A stretch of 64,000 nucleotides of DNA from assembly GCA_051362555.1 (NCBI GenBank), contig CM120642.1:20584001-20648000 (forward strand), written 5' to 3'. The first letter of the stretch is position 1. Each line of letters begins with the position of its first letter. The DNA is from Lingula anatina. Its lineage: Eukaryota > Animalia > Brachiopoda. Below are positions 1 to 13,600 of this stretch, one piece after another. The position numbers and the translations under genes are program-made. The notes beneath the pieces are model-generated. The model saw only the letters and a program-made list of their open reading frames with translations, was not told the DNA's origin and did no database searches.

Positions 1-52
1 AAAAGAGAAAAGGGTGAGGACAGCTCCCTTGTGTTCATGCACACACACTTAC

Positions 53-204
53 TTGTACCCTGGGTGGCGACTCTGCTACAGTGGGCCAAGTCTCTCCAGC
101 TGGGGTCTCCGCCAATGGGGACCACGTCTCACTGGGTGCACAGGTACTGTCCCACAGACTCTCCGCCTGGACTGGGTTGATGTCAAAGCCGGGCCAGTCT
201 TCAC
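53..204 (-). CDS. TMEM131: TMEM131 exon 35 (last exon visible in the window)
   Basis: ttttccag|GEDWPGFDINPVQAESLWDSTCAPSETWSPLAETPAGETWPTVAESPPRVQ|gtaagt; a pyrimidine tract at 1-13 suggests the next acceptor lies just outside the window. Confidence 0.8.
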
Positions 205-3200
205 CTGGAAAACAGTGCCATCAGTCAGGGTGAACACTCGGTTGTTATTGAGAATTGGTGTTATTGATCTCCAATACTTAGGAGCAGTAACCTTCTTCAA
301 GAGATTAATGAGATTACAAGACAGTATTAATAACTTGACCGAGTTGTGGATTTATCCCCATAAGAGTTCTCCTTACAGTCACCAGACAACACATGAACAA
401 TGATGCATACCGTTCAATTCCCCTCATTGCAAGGCTCTTCATTATATCTTAAGTCATCGTATACAAATATCTGATATACCCTTGCCCAGTTTACCACTGG
501 TAACATACACGCAAACACCTTTTAATGAAGTGAAACCCTGGTCAAAAATGTGTACGTGTGTGTGTGTAGATGTACTGGTATGTGTGTGTGTGTAGATATG
601 TGTCGATGGTGTGTGTGCGTGTGTTTGTGCATGCATGTGTGTGTGTGCAGATGTGTGTGTCGCTAGTGTGCCTGTGTGTGTGTGCGTGCGTGCGTGCACA
701 AGCGTGCGTGCATGTGTGGTTACCTTGCAGCAGTTTCTGCTGGTACTCTGCCAGTCTCTGGCGTCTCTCCTGCTGTAACCTCTGCATCATGGTCATGTTC
801 TCCTGGCCTCCAAACATGGAGCCGCTGGTGGAGGGCGGCTGCAGGAAGCTGGAACCTGCTGAGAAAAACAGTGATTGCAAAAGAATTAAAGCTGGGCTCA
901 GGCTAGAATAGTGAATGTCAGATCTACCCACAAAAGCAAATATAATATGCATCCCCATTAGGTGATATTCACTATCAGAAATGGAAAGTTTGTAGTCCTC
1001 GGTCATAAAAGGTGTTTGAGTAAAATGGTGCTTGTGATTCTTTACAACTTATGCCCTGATGAGAAAAATCTGGCAAGTTGTGACAATTATTTTTATGGAT
1101 GGGCAGACATGCACAAGACTTATCAGTTATGAGACTACTGCTCAAGTTTGTTTTAGAACAAATTCAGAGCTATCACTCACCATCTCCCAGGCCATAGGTG
1201 TGTGTGGTAGGCTGAGAGAAGCTGTCCACTGGCGACACTTTACTCTGGCTGTTCATGCTGTTCTCATGGATAGATGGCAGCACAAACAAACTGCTGGCTC
1301 TGTAAGGAGAATACCACTGTAAGTTAATACAAGCCGATTCCCAAGATCTGTGACAGCCCTTGTCAAAATCACACCATGAAAACAGCAATAATTTAAATGC
1401 CCTTACATAAATTTCTTAAACTCATAAGACATATATCATATGGTCTAAGTTTTACCCAAAACTTTTTTTTAAACAAGGCACGCTGTAGTAACTTAAACCC
1501 GGGATAAAACCTGGTCCCCTTAATACCAGGCCCCAATTTCACAAAAAAACTTAAAGTCAGTTCCTGGACTTAGTTGACTAAGATTTCCATGAGAGTGCTG
1601 TAACACTGTTCCTGATAGGGTAAGATGTGACCATGTAACCTTAGAAACTGAATTCTTAGCCAGGGTACCTGACTTAAGTTTTTTTTTTTGTGTGTGTGTG
1701 AAACTGATACCAGGATAACCCAGCTAAAACCAGACTAAAACTGGGCTTCAGTGATTTCAAACTCCATTCCTGTGAAATAGGCCATTACCCGAGCTCCTGT
1801 CCAGTGCCCATACTGGGGCTCCATGGGGACACTCTGCTGGTCAAGGTGGTACTGGGACTGGTCATCTGGGGCAGGCTGGGGTTCTGCTGACCACCCACTG
1901 CACTGACTGCCTTGCCAGGTATCAGTCCAGCTGCAGCAGCTTTGCTTGCCATGATGGCTGGAAAGTGGGAGAAAAATATGAAATTATTCAATTTTCACAT
2001 TCGAATTCAAACGACCTTTTAAACATTTATAAAATCATTGAGACAGTAGGTTTTATAAACATGTCGAAAGAAAAAGTAATAAAAAAGTAATATTTCAAAT
2101 GGTCATCACTCACCAGAGTAATCAAATGGATTGGCCAGTGGATTGAAGGGAGTGGGTTTCTTAATGGCTTGCTTGCGGGCGTGGTTACTGTCATTGTTGT
2201 TACTGCTACTGCTGCTGCTGACGACACTGCTGTAACTGCTGGAGCGACTGCTACTGCTGAGGTGGTCTGGGGAACCCAAGAGTTGCTTGCCATGGCGCAG
2301 AGCAAAGTTCTCCGTCTGCTCTGCCAGCTCACTCAAGTCACCTATACAAGGAAGAAAGAAGGAAAAAATCTTTTCAGCAACCCCTATAAAATTTTGTGGA
2401 TTATTCATACATTCCTCATTGTCATTATCACAATATGGTAATAAATAGAAAGTTTATGTGTTGTACGTTGATACACAACCTCTAAAGAATATCCAAAGTA
2501 CAAAACAGAAATACACACATGCTTTTCTTAGGGTTCATGCAACATTGTTATCAGTACAACAATAACAGCAACAGTCAATGTTAATGAACAGAGAAATTAG
2601 TAACGGAAACATGTTAAAATGTAGAGATAAGAGCAATTGCTACATATGGAACTGCTACATTCCCTTTAACATCAACTGTTACAAGTGCACAGGGAATTCA
2701 AAGAACCATCAGTGCAGCCCTGCAATGTTTTCAGTGCCCAAATATTAACCAATTACCATGACGTATGACTGTTTATTTTAGAAACTCTCCTTGACCACAA
2801 CCCTCAGTGTCAGTGACAGCCTTGGATACCACCACCCAACCTCGCACACTGACTGTCTCTCAGTATCAAGAACACATCTGCCCCGTTTTCCATTCACTGT
2901 TAACCACACTTTCTCATTAGCCGCTTTCAATCTTTTTTTTTTTTATCCTGCATCAAATTTAACCCACTTAAACCTAAATAAACTCAAAAATAAATAAACA
3001 TGCCAAAACAAATTACCATGGGCATAAATGAGACTCCAAAACACTTTCCCTTTAAAAATAAATATAATTTTAAGAAAAAAAAACAAAAAAAAAACAGACA
3101 GCACCTCCACTTTAATGTTATATGCAAACATAAAAATACCCTCTCTGCTGTACACTATCACACCTGTGCAAACACACATGCAGTCCTCCACCCATCCTAC

Positions 3201-6200
3201 ACACACCCACAGACACTTATCCACCCTACCCTCAGTTATACATCCATCCTATATATACCCATGTCACACCCACAGACATTTACCCCACTCACTACTCCAC
3301 CCATCCTACACACACCCATACCACACCCACAAAAAATTCCCTCCCACCCAGTTTTCCAACCATCCATCATCCACCCACAAACATTTACCCACCCCACCCT
3401 TTCTCAGTCCACCCATCCTACACACACCCACATAAAATCCTCCCACACACCCAGTTTCCACCCATCCATCATCTACCCGCAGACATTTACCCACCCCATC
3501 CCACCCTCCCTCAGTCCTCCACCCATCACACCCACAACACACCCACAACACACCCAGCAGCCAAAGTAAATGAAAGCAGTATCTACCGGTAGATGGGATT
3601 GGTATTGGTTGGTCCCACAGAGGGGGAGGGGAGTCTTTCCCGCTCCACGGACTATCTGGGTCTCCACCAGTGAGATGAGACTCTATAATTGAGCCTATAG
3701 AGGACATAAAAGGACAAGATGAGTACAATGACAACACAGTGCAGTGGCAGGCTGAGCAGTCTACTGGTAAATATTATCCCTGCTTGGCATTTTACTTGGC
3801 TTCCTGTTTTGGTTCAGCCAAACAATTATTTTTTGTATATCAAAAATACCATGACAGGATTTCTGAGGAGCAAATCTTTTCCCAGGGAAAATTATTACAG
3901 TAACTTTAGTAATGGGTATTTATTTATGTGCAACTCAGTTTGATGACATTAATTTGTTTTAATTGTTTTAGATTGGATTAACAATAAATCCATTTTTAGT
4001 CTACAGTTTTTTTTCTTATAAGATAAATGGTTATCAAAACCAACAATACACAACTTATGAAAAAAATTCAGTATAAATAGAGGGTTCTTTTTTTTTTCTC
4101 AAAACTCATTTTCCCCAGACAAAATGGTTTCAGGTAGGGAGAGTAAAACATTGCAAAACAAATGCTTGCAAAAGGTAAGAATTCCGTCTCTCTCTCTGAA
4201 ATTGAGATAGTGCTCAGAGTCTGAAGTATTCTACAAATTGTTAGGACGCTAGTCTAAGTGCTATGGTGTTGTGAGGGATGTGTATTATATATAAATAATT
4301 ATATATAATATGTTACCTAAGGAAATTAATATAACTAGATAAAAGAAATGTAAAGGGAAACACAGTAAGTGACAGGATGCATACGTCTTAAACTTATAGG
4401 AAGGAAAAGGAAGGCTGGCATTTAAACCATGGGTTTTTTTAATCAAGTGACAATTTGCTATCATATACTATCAGCAATGACCATGAATTCTAGGACTAAG
4501 TCATTAATCTAATACCATCTGCTATGCTCACAATACTACAATATGTGAAGATTCCTAAAGGCTGCAGTCTGTATAGACAGGGGCACCATGCAAAGTTTAA
4601 CAAGACAACAACTACAGCAAATCTTCTTTAAAAAGAAAACTGACACTGAAAATGTTCAATGAAGAAAAAGAGCCAAAGGTGGCACAGCACTAACACAGCA
4701 TGTGCAATTCTAAACAACAAACAAGAAAAACAAACACATGCTTAAAATCTTAAACAATAAACATTTAAAAATAAAGATGTTACTTCAAATGTAAGTGTAA
4801 TTCAAAGAAGATCACACATTGACACGATTCACTGTCACAACTTATTACCGGTAAGTTGTTTGAAATACATCTTTATACAGATTACAGCACTCAATAGAAT
4901 GCATTATCTACCTTTGGCCTGTTTGGCCTGCTTGTCTGTCCCCTTGATGTTCTTCTTCAAACACTTGGTGGCGATGTCAGCAGCCAGAGCGTGGGGAGAT
5001 GTAGGCTCTTCTCGTATGGCAGCGCGTTCTTCCTCCTCAAGTTTAGTTGTGTACGGTAGTTCAATTGTGCTGATAAAAAAAATAAACAGAATCTGGTTTA
5101 TAAATTAAATTCAATAGTAAATTACTTAATGATAGTCATAGAAATGATAATTTTCCAAATGTATTCCCCCATTATTAAGCAGATGTCATTCCTAAAACAC
5201 AGAATTATAACACAAAACTAATTTTTTAAAAGTATTTTTAATGAAAAAAATATAATTAACATAATTATAGAATATTAAGCAAAAAGTACTTGAAAACTCA
5301 CCTTGGCCTATGAATATTCCCTCCAAATGCATTCTTGGGGTCCACCTTGATGCGTGTGTGAGCCTTGGACTTGCTGGTCAGGATAAAATCATCCTCCCCA
5401 GTCTGCTCCTCTGCCATCACTTCTTTATTTTTCTTCCCCTTGTTCTTACTCTTCTTGGTCTTCTTCAGCAGAGGCTCTGGCGTGGAGTCCCGCGTACTGC
5501 TGGCCTTGTCATCAGCGTCACCACCAGAGGACTCTGTGGTCGTCGAGGACGTGTCATCCTTGTCTTTGTAGTCTTCCACTGTGGCGGGGCTGGAGGTAGG
5601 AGAGGGAGACACGGGGGAAGTGTTGCTGTCCTTTCTCTTTGCCTTTTCCTTCTGGCGCCGTTCCTTGTCTTCTCGACGTTGGGCAGTCTTAGATTTACGT
5701 TTTGGACGAGGTTTTGCTGAAATTGAATGATTTAAAAAATGTTCGTTTTACATAAGATATATTTTACTTTTAAATCTTAAAGTAAATACAGCTAAAACAT
5801 ACACATTGTAAAATATATTCTAACTGTCTTAACTATGCATCTATTTTCACTACTACACTTATTATCTTGTAAATTCATTCCTGCACATGCACACAAACAC
5901 ACACACACACACATACTATCTCCAGAAAATGAATTGAACAAGGTTAATCATTTCAAACTCACCTTCCTTTTTTCCCGAATTTTCTTCGTTTAAATTTTCA
6001 GCCACAATGTGAACTTCAGGTACTTCAAATGAGTCAAGGTGGTTCACACTGTTTCCACTGCTGCTTGGCACCAACTTTTTCACCTTTTCAGCTTGCACTT
6101 TTTCTTTATCGTTGCTTGCCTTTTGCTCTTGTTCGGTATTTTTAGATGCTGATGTCACCGATGGCGGTGACGCAGCTGAATTAGCTGGTACAGAGGCCGA

Positions 6201-9200
6201 ATTTGATGGTTCAGACTTGGCTTGTTTTTTCTCACCATGAATGTATCCATTTTCTACGGTCGATATATCATTTACGTTTTGCTTGGATGCTTTTTTCTTC
6301 GATTTAGAATTCACAGTCGAAGACTGCTGTGGTGCTTTTTCTGCAGGATTGGCTTCCGATGCTGTAGCGTAACTTGTATTCTTCTCTGCTGGGTGTAGTT
6401 TAAGGTTGTTGAGTTGTTGTGTGGTTGAGGACTGTGTGGTTGCAGTAGTAGTAGTTTTACCACATTCCCCAGATGATGACTGTCTCTCATAGGTAGGTTG
6501 TTTGGCTGGCGGTTCTGAGGAATTTTGTCTACTTGTGCTTCTGCAGAAAATACTACTGATGCTTATGGATGGAGTGGGATCTTTTTTCCTTTTCAAATCA
6601 GCGTGTCCGTTACCCATCTCTGGAATGGACTTACTACCCAAAAGTTGTGGTCCAGGTATAGACTTTTCCTGCTGTCTTGGGACAGCAATATTTTTCAGAT
6701 CAAATATCTTGGACTTGTCATGTAATTGTGAAGAAGCGTTGACAGCTTTCTGCCGGCGTAAAAGATCTGTGGTGAAGATGCGATCTGCTTCAAAATAAGA
6801 TGCCACAAAGATGCAGAAAGTGAGAAAACCCATTAGACAGACTGTGGAGTAATAAATGATAGGCTCCCAGGAAGGGCGCGGGAGTGCTGCGGAACATTTA
6901 GTCAACATACTGGCCGGTATCGTGGCCTGAAGAGTGAAGTTGATAGTCTCTCCAAGACTGGAGTGGATTTTTAAAAGTCTTCTAACTCTTGACATGGTAA
7001 AATCTGGACTGAATCTGAAATTTGATATAAAACGAGTGAGTTCACTTTTTTTCGGAAATAATAATTTATGTTATTTGTCTACAGAGAAAAAAAACTGTAA
7101 AGAGAATATAAGGCAAACAGAAAGAAAAAAAACATTTTCCTTTTTGCTTAGTGATAATTACAACTAAATGATACTCTAAACTTACAGTTCATTTTAAATT
7201 ACAACATGTTCTGAACATAAGACATTCTATCACAATTTGCCAAATAAAATACAATCTGAAGAATACAACAAATTCTGTTTCTTTTACACTTACGCTATGT
7301 CTATCTTTTTGGTCTGATTGGGTTTCAGTTCAAACCCCTCACAGTTTAACACCTTGAACCCATAGCCCTGACACGGTTCATCATTGATACTAAAACCATG
7401 GACGTAGACTGGCAGCTCCCCGGAGTTCCTGGTAGTAAAGGTTCTCTTCACGGTAAAACTGGGGGGTATAGTGCGACTTGGTTTCCAAGCTGAAAAGAGA
7501 AAGAAAATATAAATCTACACCATGGACACCAAAACAACATGAATCAGAGAAAAATTAAATTTATTCCATTTTAAACAAATTATTTGGTAATATTAAGTTA
7601 GGTTATTTCCCACCTTATTTGTGATTATCTTGCATCATAATCTTATGCCTCATAAATCAACACTATTTCCTCCATATATATATATATATATATATATGAC
7701 ACAGTTACAAAATATCACTTTTTCAAAACCAGTTACAGTATTACGCATACATCAAAACCTATAAAACAAAACCAAAACCAACAAAATGCAATCTCCATAT
7801 ATTATATCAAGTTAAGTTGACATTTACTGCAAGGTCAATAACATTCCATAAGACCAACTCACGTTTCTCACAGCCTGACAACACTTTTTCAGTCATTTCA
7901 AAAGAGAGAGGGTTTGGAGACCCTGGTTTTCTACCGCTGAATTTTAACTGGCCATAGCTTCCTCTGCCTTCTACTACTATTGCATCTATGATGGTAAGAT
8001 TGTTTCTGGAAAGAATAATTTCATTACATTACAAGACAACAATCAGTGATCTTTATAAAAGGCCAATAATCAAAAAAACATCAGTTTATCTCAAGTACAA
8101 AATCCATTAAAACAGTTTTTCTTCAAATCCTTCACTGACTTACCTAATGACTATGAGGGTTGATCTGATGGAGTCATCCTTTGGGGAAAATCCCGCTAAA
8201 CACCGCACTCCGCCTCTCCCATTCAATATGGTTGCTATGGTATGTTTGTGGGGTTTGACGCCAAAATAATCGGTGACCCACTGGCGCATTTCTGGCACAG
8301 CGTTATCTGGTCTTTTCTGGAAAACAACGTGACTCCAGTGAGCGTCACCTATTCATTAAGTTTAAAGTTGATCCATTTCTATCCCAATGTTATTACATTT
8401 TTATTATTAGCTTTAAAGAGTCTCCTGATATATATTCGGTTTCTTACCTACTGTACTATTTTATTTTCAATGATTAATACTAAATAAAAGTACACTGATT
8501 AGAAATTAACTTAAAGGAAGATATGTAAAAAATCACATAATAATGCTTACATCGTATAATTCTAAATTTTCTAGAGTGAAAATGTCTTGGTCATCTGTTT
8601 CAACATAGTCTGATAAATGATCTGAAAACCTGTAAAGAGATGATAAAAAATTAACTAACATGAAACACCCATTAAATGAAATTATCACCAATAAAATAAA
8701 CTGACCTTTTATTGATTGTTTTTCTTTAATTCATCACATATTAAAAACTCATTAACTTTTTCTAAGCAAAAAATTAACAAAGGTGCTTAGTCTTGGACTG
8801 TCTAAAACCATTTCTATACGAGAATGTGTCTCTTACGTGGAGCTGAGCATGTCTAGCAGCACTTGAGGGTTTGGGTAGAGAGATAAAGGCAGGACTTGGA
8901 TGATCACAGGGACATCAGAGGGGTTCACAACCATGAAAAATATATCCTGAAAAGAAATTACATTCTTAGGTAAGATCTGCTTCTTCCTTTTTGAATATTC
9001 TGTTCATTAAGAAAAGGCACTGTTCACTGACTACCAAAACAAAGTCACTGCCCTTGTGGGAATCAGGCACAAAAAAATCAGCTTTTAAAAAAAATTTACT
9101 TGAATTTCCACATATCTGCAGTAAACAATTACGGTCTTAGTAATTATGTCTGTGTCTACGAAAAAAGAACAATTACCATCAACTTAGCCTGCATTGATTT

Positions 9201-10525
9201 AATTTGTAACTTTATTTTTTCTCTATTTTTTCCCAATATCTTAATGATACTTACAGACTTATTTCCTACTTGTGTGAGAGGAAACCTTAAAACTCTGTCA
9301 TAATCAGACTCAAAGTTGTCTTCAATAAGCGTCGGCCAGCTGAACTGGACCTGTGCCGGGAAAAGGAAGCCCCTCACGTAATCAGTGTTCAGTTGAATTG
9401 TGACGTTGAACCTGGTTGGAAATAACAACTTGTAGATGATGTGTTTTTCTAATTGTTTGTCAGGAAGCTTAAGATACACATAATACATTAATGTAAATAC
9501 CGTGATTTATTAACATTTGTTAGAAACATCTCACATCAAATTTCACATTCAGTCTATCACTTTCAAGCTTGGACAATTTTTTTTAAATCCACTACCAAAC
9601 TAACATGATCTGTCAAAGATAAATCTATGAAATCTATAATGTCAAGAAGTCACCCTTTAAAACTTACGGATTTTTCTCTATGGATCCCACATTTTCCCAC
9701 TTCTGCTGTAGCTTTGTGTATAAGTATTGGTCAGTGTCGGTCACCTCTCTGTCTAGTGTGAGACCCAGTAGCCACTGATGACCGGCGGGGGTGTGTGTTG
9801 GCAGGCCCACATAACAGTCCTCTTCACAGCCTTGTCGCGCATCAAATGACAGCTTCCCTATCTGGAACAAAGCAGTATGGGATGTTATAGCATAGGATGA
9901 TACATCTTACACTTACAACTGTAGATATTGTGTACAAGAGAGATTGCAGCTTTTCTCTTACAGTCAGGGAAAACATCCCTAATTTCCTTTGCTCAGTGAA
10001 CAAGACAAATTCCTCTCTATTCTTATAGTTAAAACAAGGCAGCAAAGCTGTCAAATGTACAGACAAAAAACAGAAAAAAAAGCGCAGGAAATAGGATACT
10101 GTCAATTTTGATGCATTAATGTATTATGCTTACTGTAACTGCATAGCCAACATCAAATTCTAATTGTGCATAACATTGAATTAGGATGAAAGTAAAATGT
10201 GTAACAAGCATTAGACTGAGTTCCCATACCTAGATCAATCTAACAGGATCAATCCAACTCCAAGGGGTTTCTCACTAAATTGCTTTCAGTTTAAGCGGCT
10301 TAGGATTCTGGCATGCCAGTTTCAGTAGGCGTGACAGACAGCTAAGCCACTTACACTGATTGCAATTTAGCGAGAATTCCCTTGGAGATACATCGATCCA
10401 CAGTTAGCGTGATAGGGTCTGGAAATAGTCCCTAAGGCTTGAGGCTGATAAGAGTTAAACTTTGGAAATGCCAGTATGAGTTAAAGTGAAAATTTCTTAA
10501 ACTCATTGCTTAAACTCAATTAAAA

Positions 10526-10620
<95 letters not shown>

Positions 10621-13600
10621 CATACTTGTAAGTTAAAAAAATACAGAAAGTGTTACAAAGTTACAGTACAGGGCTCCTGGTGGATGGGAGTGATAAGTCA
10701 CATCTTGAAAATGCCAGTTTGAAAAATTAAAAATTGAAGAAAAAATTACAAAAAATATTCCACTAAAGCTGCCATTCAGTCTAGCTGCATAACCATGATA
10801 TGAATCATCCAACTTCAGTTTAAACAGTGTAAACAAGTCACAGAAATATAATATATTTTGTTTTACCACAAAAAGGGCAGTCATAGCTATTATTCTGATA
10901 TCTGAACTTGTCATCAGACCATGTGACCTCCATAGGTGGCTATACTTTGTAATAATTTCTTAAGAGATTTTAACAAAAAAAAAAAACTTTTTATTTGCCA
11001 AAAAAGAACAGTTATTATCCCTTTAACTGTAAAGTCAAGTTGCAAATATTGCACAACAGGTAGTATCAATAAAAGTGAACTGTTACATACCCTTTGGAGT
11101 TATAAGTCCCACACTGAAAATGCCAGTAGGTAAAAGATAAAAATTTCAAAAATATATACAACAGAATAACATGGTCAATAAGATTACAGTTTCAGGACCA
11201 TATGTGAGAGTTCAAATTCACATAATGAAAATCCCTATATGTGAAAAATGATGACAGTGCATAAAATAATATTACACAATGTTTAAAGACATAAAAACCA
11301 GCACAACTGCTAATGTGGAAAAACAAAATACACAGCGCTTCTGGTGGATGACAGTTGAAAGTGTCATCTTGAAGATGCTAGTGTTTGAAAAAAAAAATTA
11401 AAAGAAAATGTAAAATAAAACATAACAAATAATACCAATAAAGCTGCTATTCAAACTTTTAATCTAGCTGTACAATTACTAACATGATATGAATAACCCT
11501 ATTGAGTTTGAGAATAATAAGGCACTGTTATTCATCTTTAGCATTAATGTAAGCGTTACACAAAATTTTTTTTTGTAAACTTATTTTCAATATTAAATAA
11601 CATTTACCTGCATAATAATCATCGATTCCTAATTATGTGACACAGTTAAGAGAGATAAACCTATGGGACTTTACAATGAAATCTCAATGTGTGTTTATGT
11701 AATCTCATTTAATGGCCACTTGAAAATTAATTAAGCAAATTATTTTATAACCCTGAAATAACTTGAAAATTAATTAAGCAAATTACTTTATAACCCTGAA
11801 ATAATTGCCTACTATCCATATACATTTATTGCACCAAATAGCACTCTACTGCATTGCTTTCAAAACAGAAAACAATTACAATGGTTTTCCAACACAAGCT
11901 GCACTTCAGTCTTTTCAGTAAGGTTGATTATCATAAGTAACATGGTTTTCCCTTAATCGCTATCCTGGCAGCAGTGTCCAAAATAGGGTTTTCTTCAACT
12001 TTCATGCAATAAAACATAATACTTAACAGCATATTGACCATCAATTTTTTTATAAAAAAATAAAAGTATCATGAATATTCAGAAAATGTGATTTGGGAAG
12101 GTCTTCAAGGCCATGGAAGTTCAGAGTCACACTTTCAAAATGCCAAAATGTAAACAAGAGATAACTGTACTGAAATGATTTTCTTTCCATTTTCAACACC
12201 TTTTTTAAAACAAAATAATCAATAAACTGTCATTTTTAAATGTTCAACTAGGAAAATTGTTGACATAAGAAAAAAATCAATAGAACAATTTTCAATGTCC
12301 AATTTGCTCCATTTGCAGATGCTGAACATAGTGAATGATTAAATCTGACAAACTGCAATGATGAGTTCCTTTCCATTTATGAAACTTTATTACACAATGC
12401 ACAATAACAGGTTTACCGTCATTTTTATATAATCAACTAACAATATTGTTAAGAAGCAGAAAATGTCAAAACAACACTTTTACATATCTTATTAGTTACA
12501 TAATGAGACTGTTAACATGCCCAAGAATTAAATCTGAAGAAATAACAATTATATACAAAAATACAGAAAATGCACAGCACTTCTGGTGGATGGGAGTTAA
12601 AAATCACATCTAGAGGATGCTAGTGTTTGAAAAATAATTTTAAAAAATTTTTAAATAAAACGTAAAAATTTCCAATAAAGCTGCTATTCAAACTTTCAAT
12701 CTAGCTGTATTAACTTGATATTAATAACCCCACCAAGTTTGAGAAAAATAAAGCACTGTTATTCATCTATAGCATGTTGGCATAACACATTTTTTTTGTT
12801 GTAAATTTATTTGCAATGTTAAACACCATTTATCTGCACAATTATCACCAAATCCTAATTTTGTGACACAGTTAAGAGAGCTAAACCTATGGGACTTTAC
12901 AGGGAAATCTCAAGGAGTGTTTTATGTAATCTCATTTAATGGCCAATTGAAAATTAATGAGTAGGCAAGTGACTTTATAGACCTTAATTTAATTAGTGAT
13001 CACCCATTCCTACAGTACCATCATATAGCACAAATGTGTTATAGGTGTTGCATACATGCTGAAAAAAGTGAAAAAACAGCATTACTTCCCTAAAAATGAC
13101 CCGAACATGCTGATTTTCAAACTTGACCTGCGTATTATAAATATACATTTGTTCTGCAAGTTTCAAGCCAAAAGGTAAAATGGTTTTCCACTTATCATGT
13201 TATCAGTGTTGCATATATGCTGAAAAAAGTGAAAAACAGCATAACTTCCCTAAAAATGACCCGATCATGCTGATTTTCAAACTTGACCTGCGTATTATGA
13301 ATATTCATCAGTTCTGTAAGTTTGAAACTAAAAGGTAAAATCGTTTTCCACTTATCGTGTTATCGGTGCTGCATATATGCTGAAAAAAGTGAAAAAACAG
13401 CATAACTACCCTGAAAATGACCTGATCATGCTGCTTTTCGAACTTGACCTGCGTAATATGAATATTCATTAGTTCTGCAAGTTTCAAGCCAAAAGGTAAA
13501 ATGAATTTTAACTTATGTTATCAGTGTTGCATATATGCTGAAAAAAGTGAAAAACAGCATAACTTCCCTAAAAATGACCCCATCATGCTGATTTTCGAAC

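Noticed and set aside
454-1006. Several overlapping ORFs rich in HT/CV dipeptides
   Set aside because: Translations of the (TG)n microsatellite; only 724-855 is a real TMEM131 exon
3000-3569. 189-aa and 135-aa Pro/His/Thr-rich plus-strand ORFs
   Set aside because: Products of a stop-poor C/A minisatellite within an intron
8317-8348. Upstream alternative acceptor for TMEM131 exon 24
   Set aside because: Poor pyrimidine tract, and it adds 32 nt, breaking the frame
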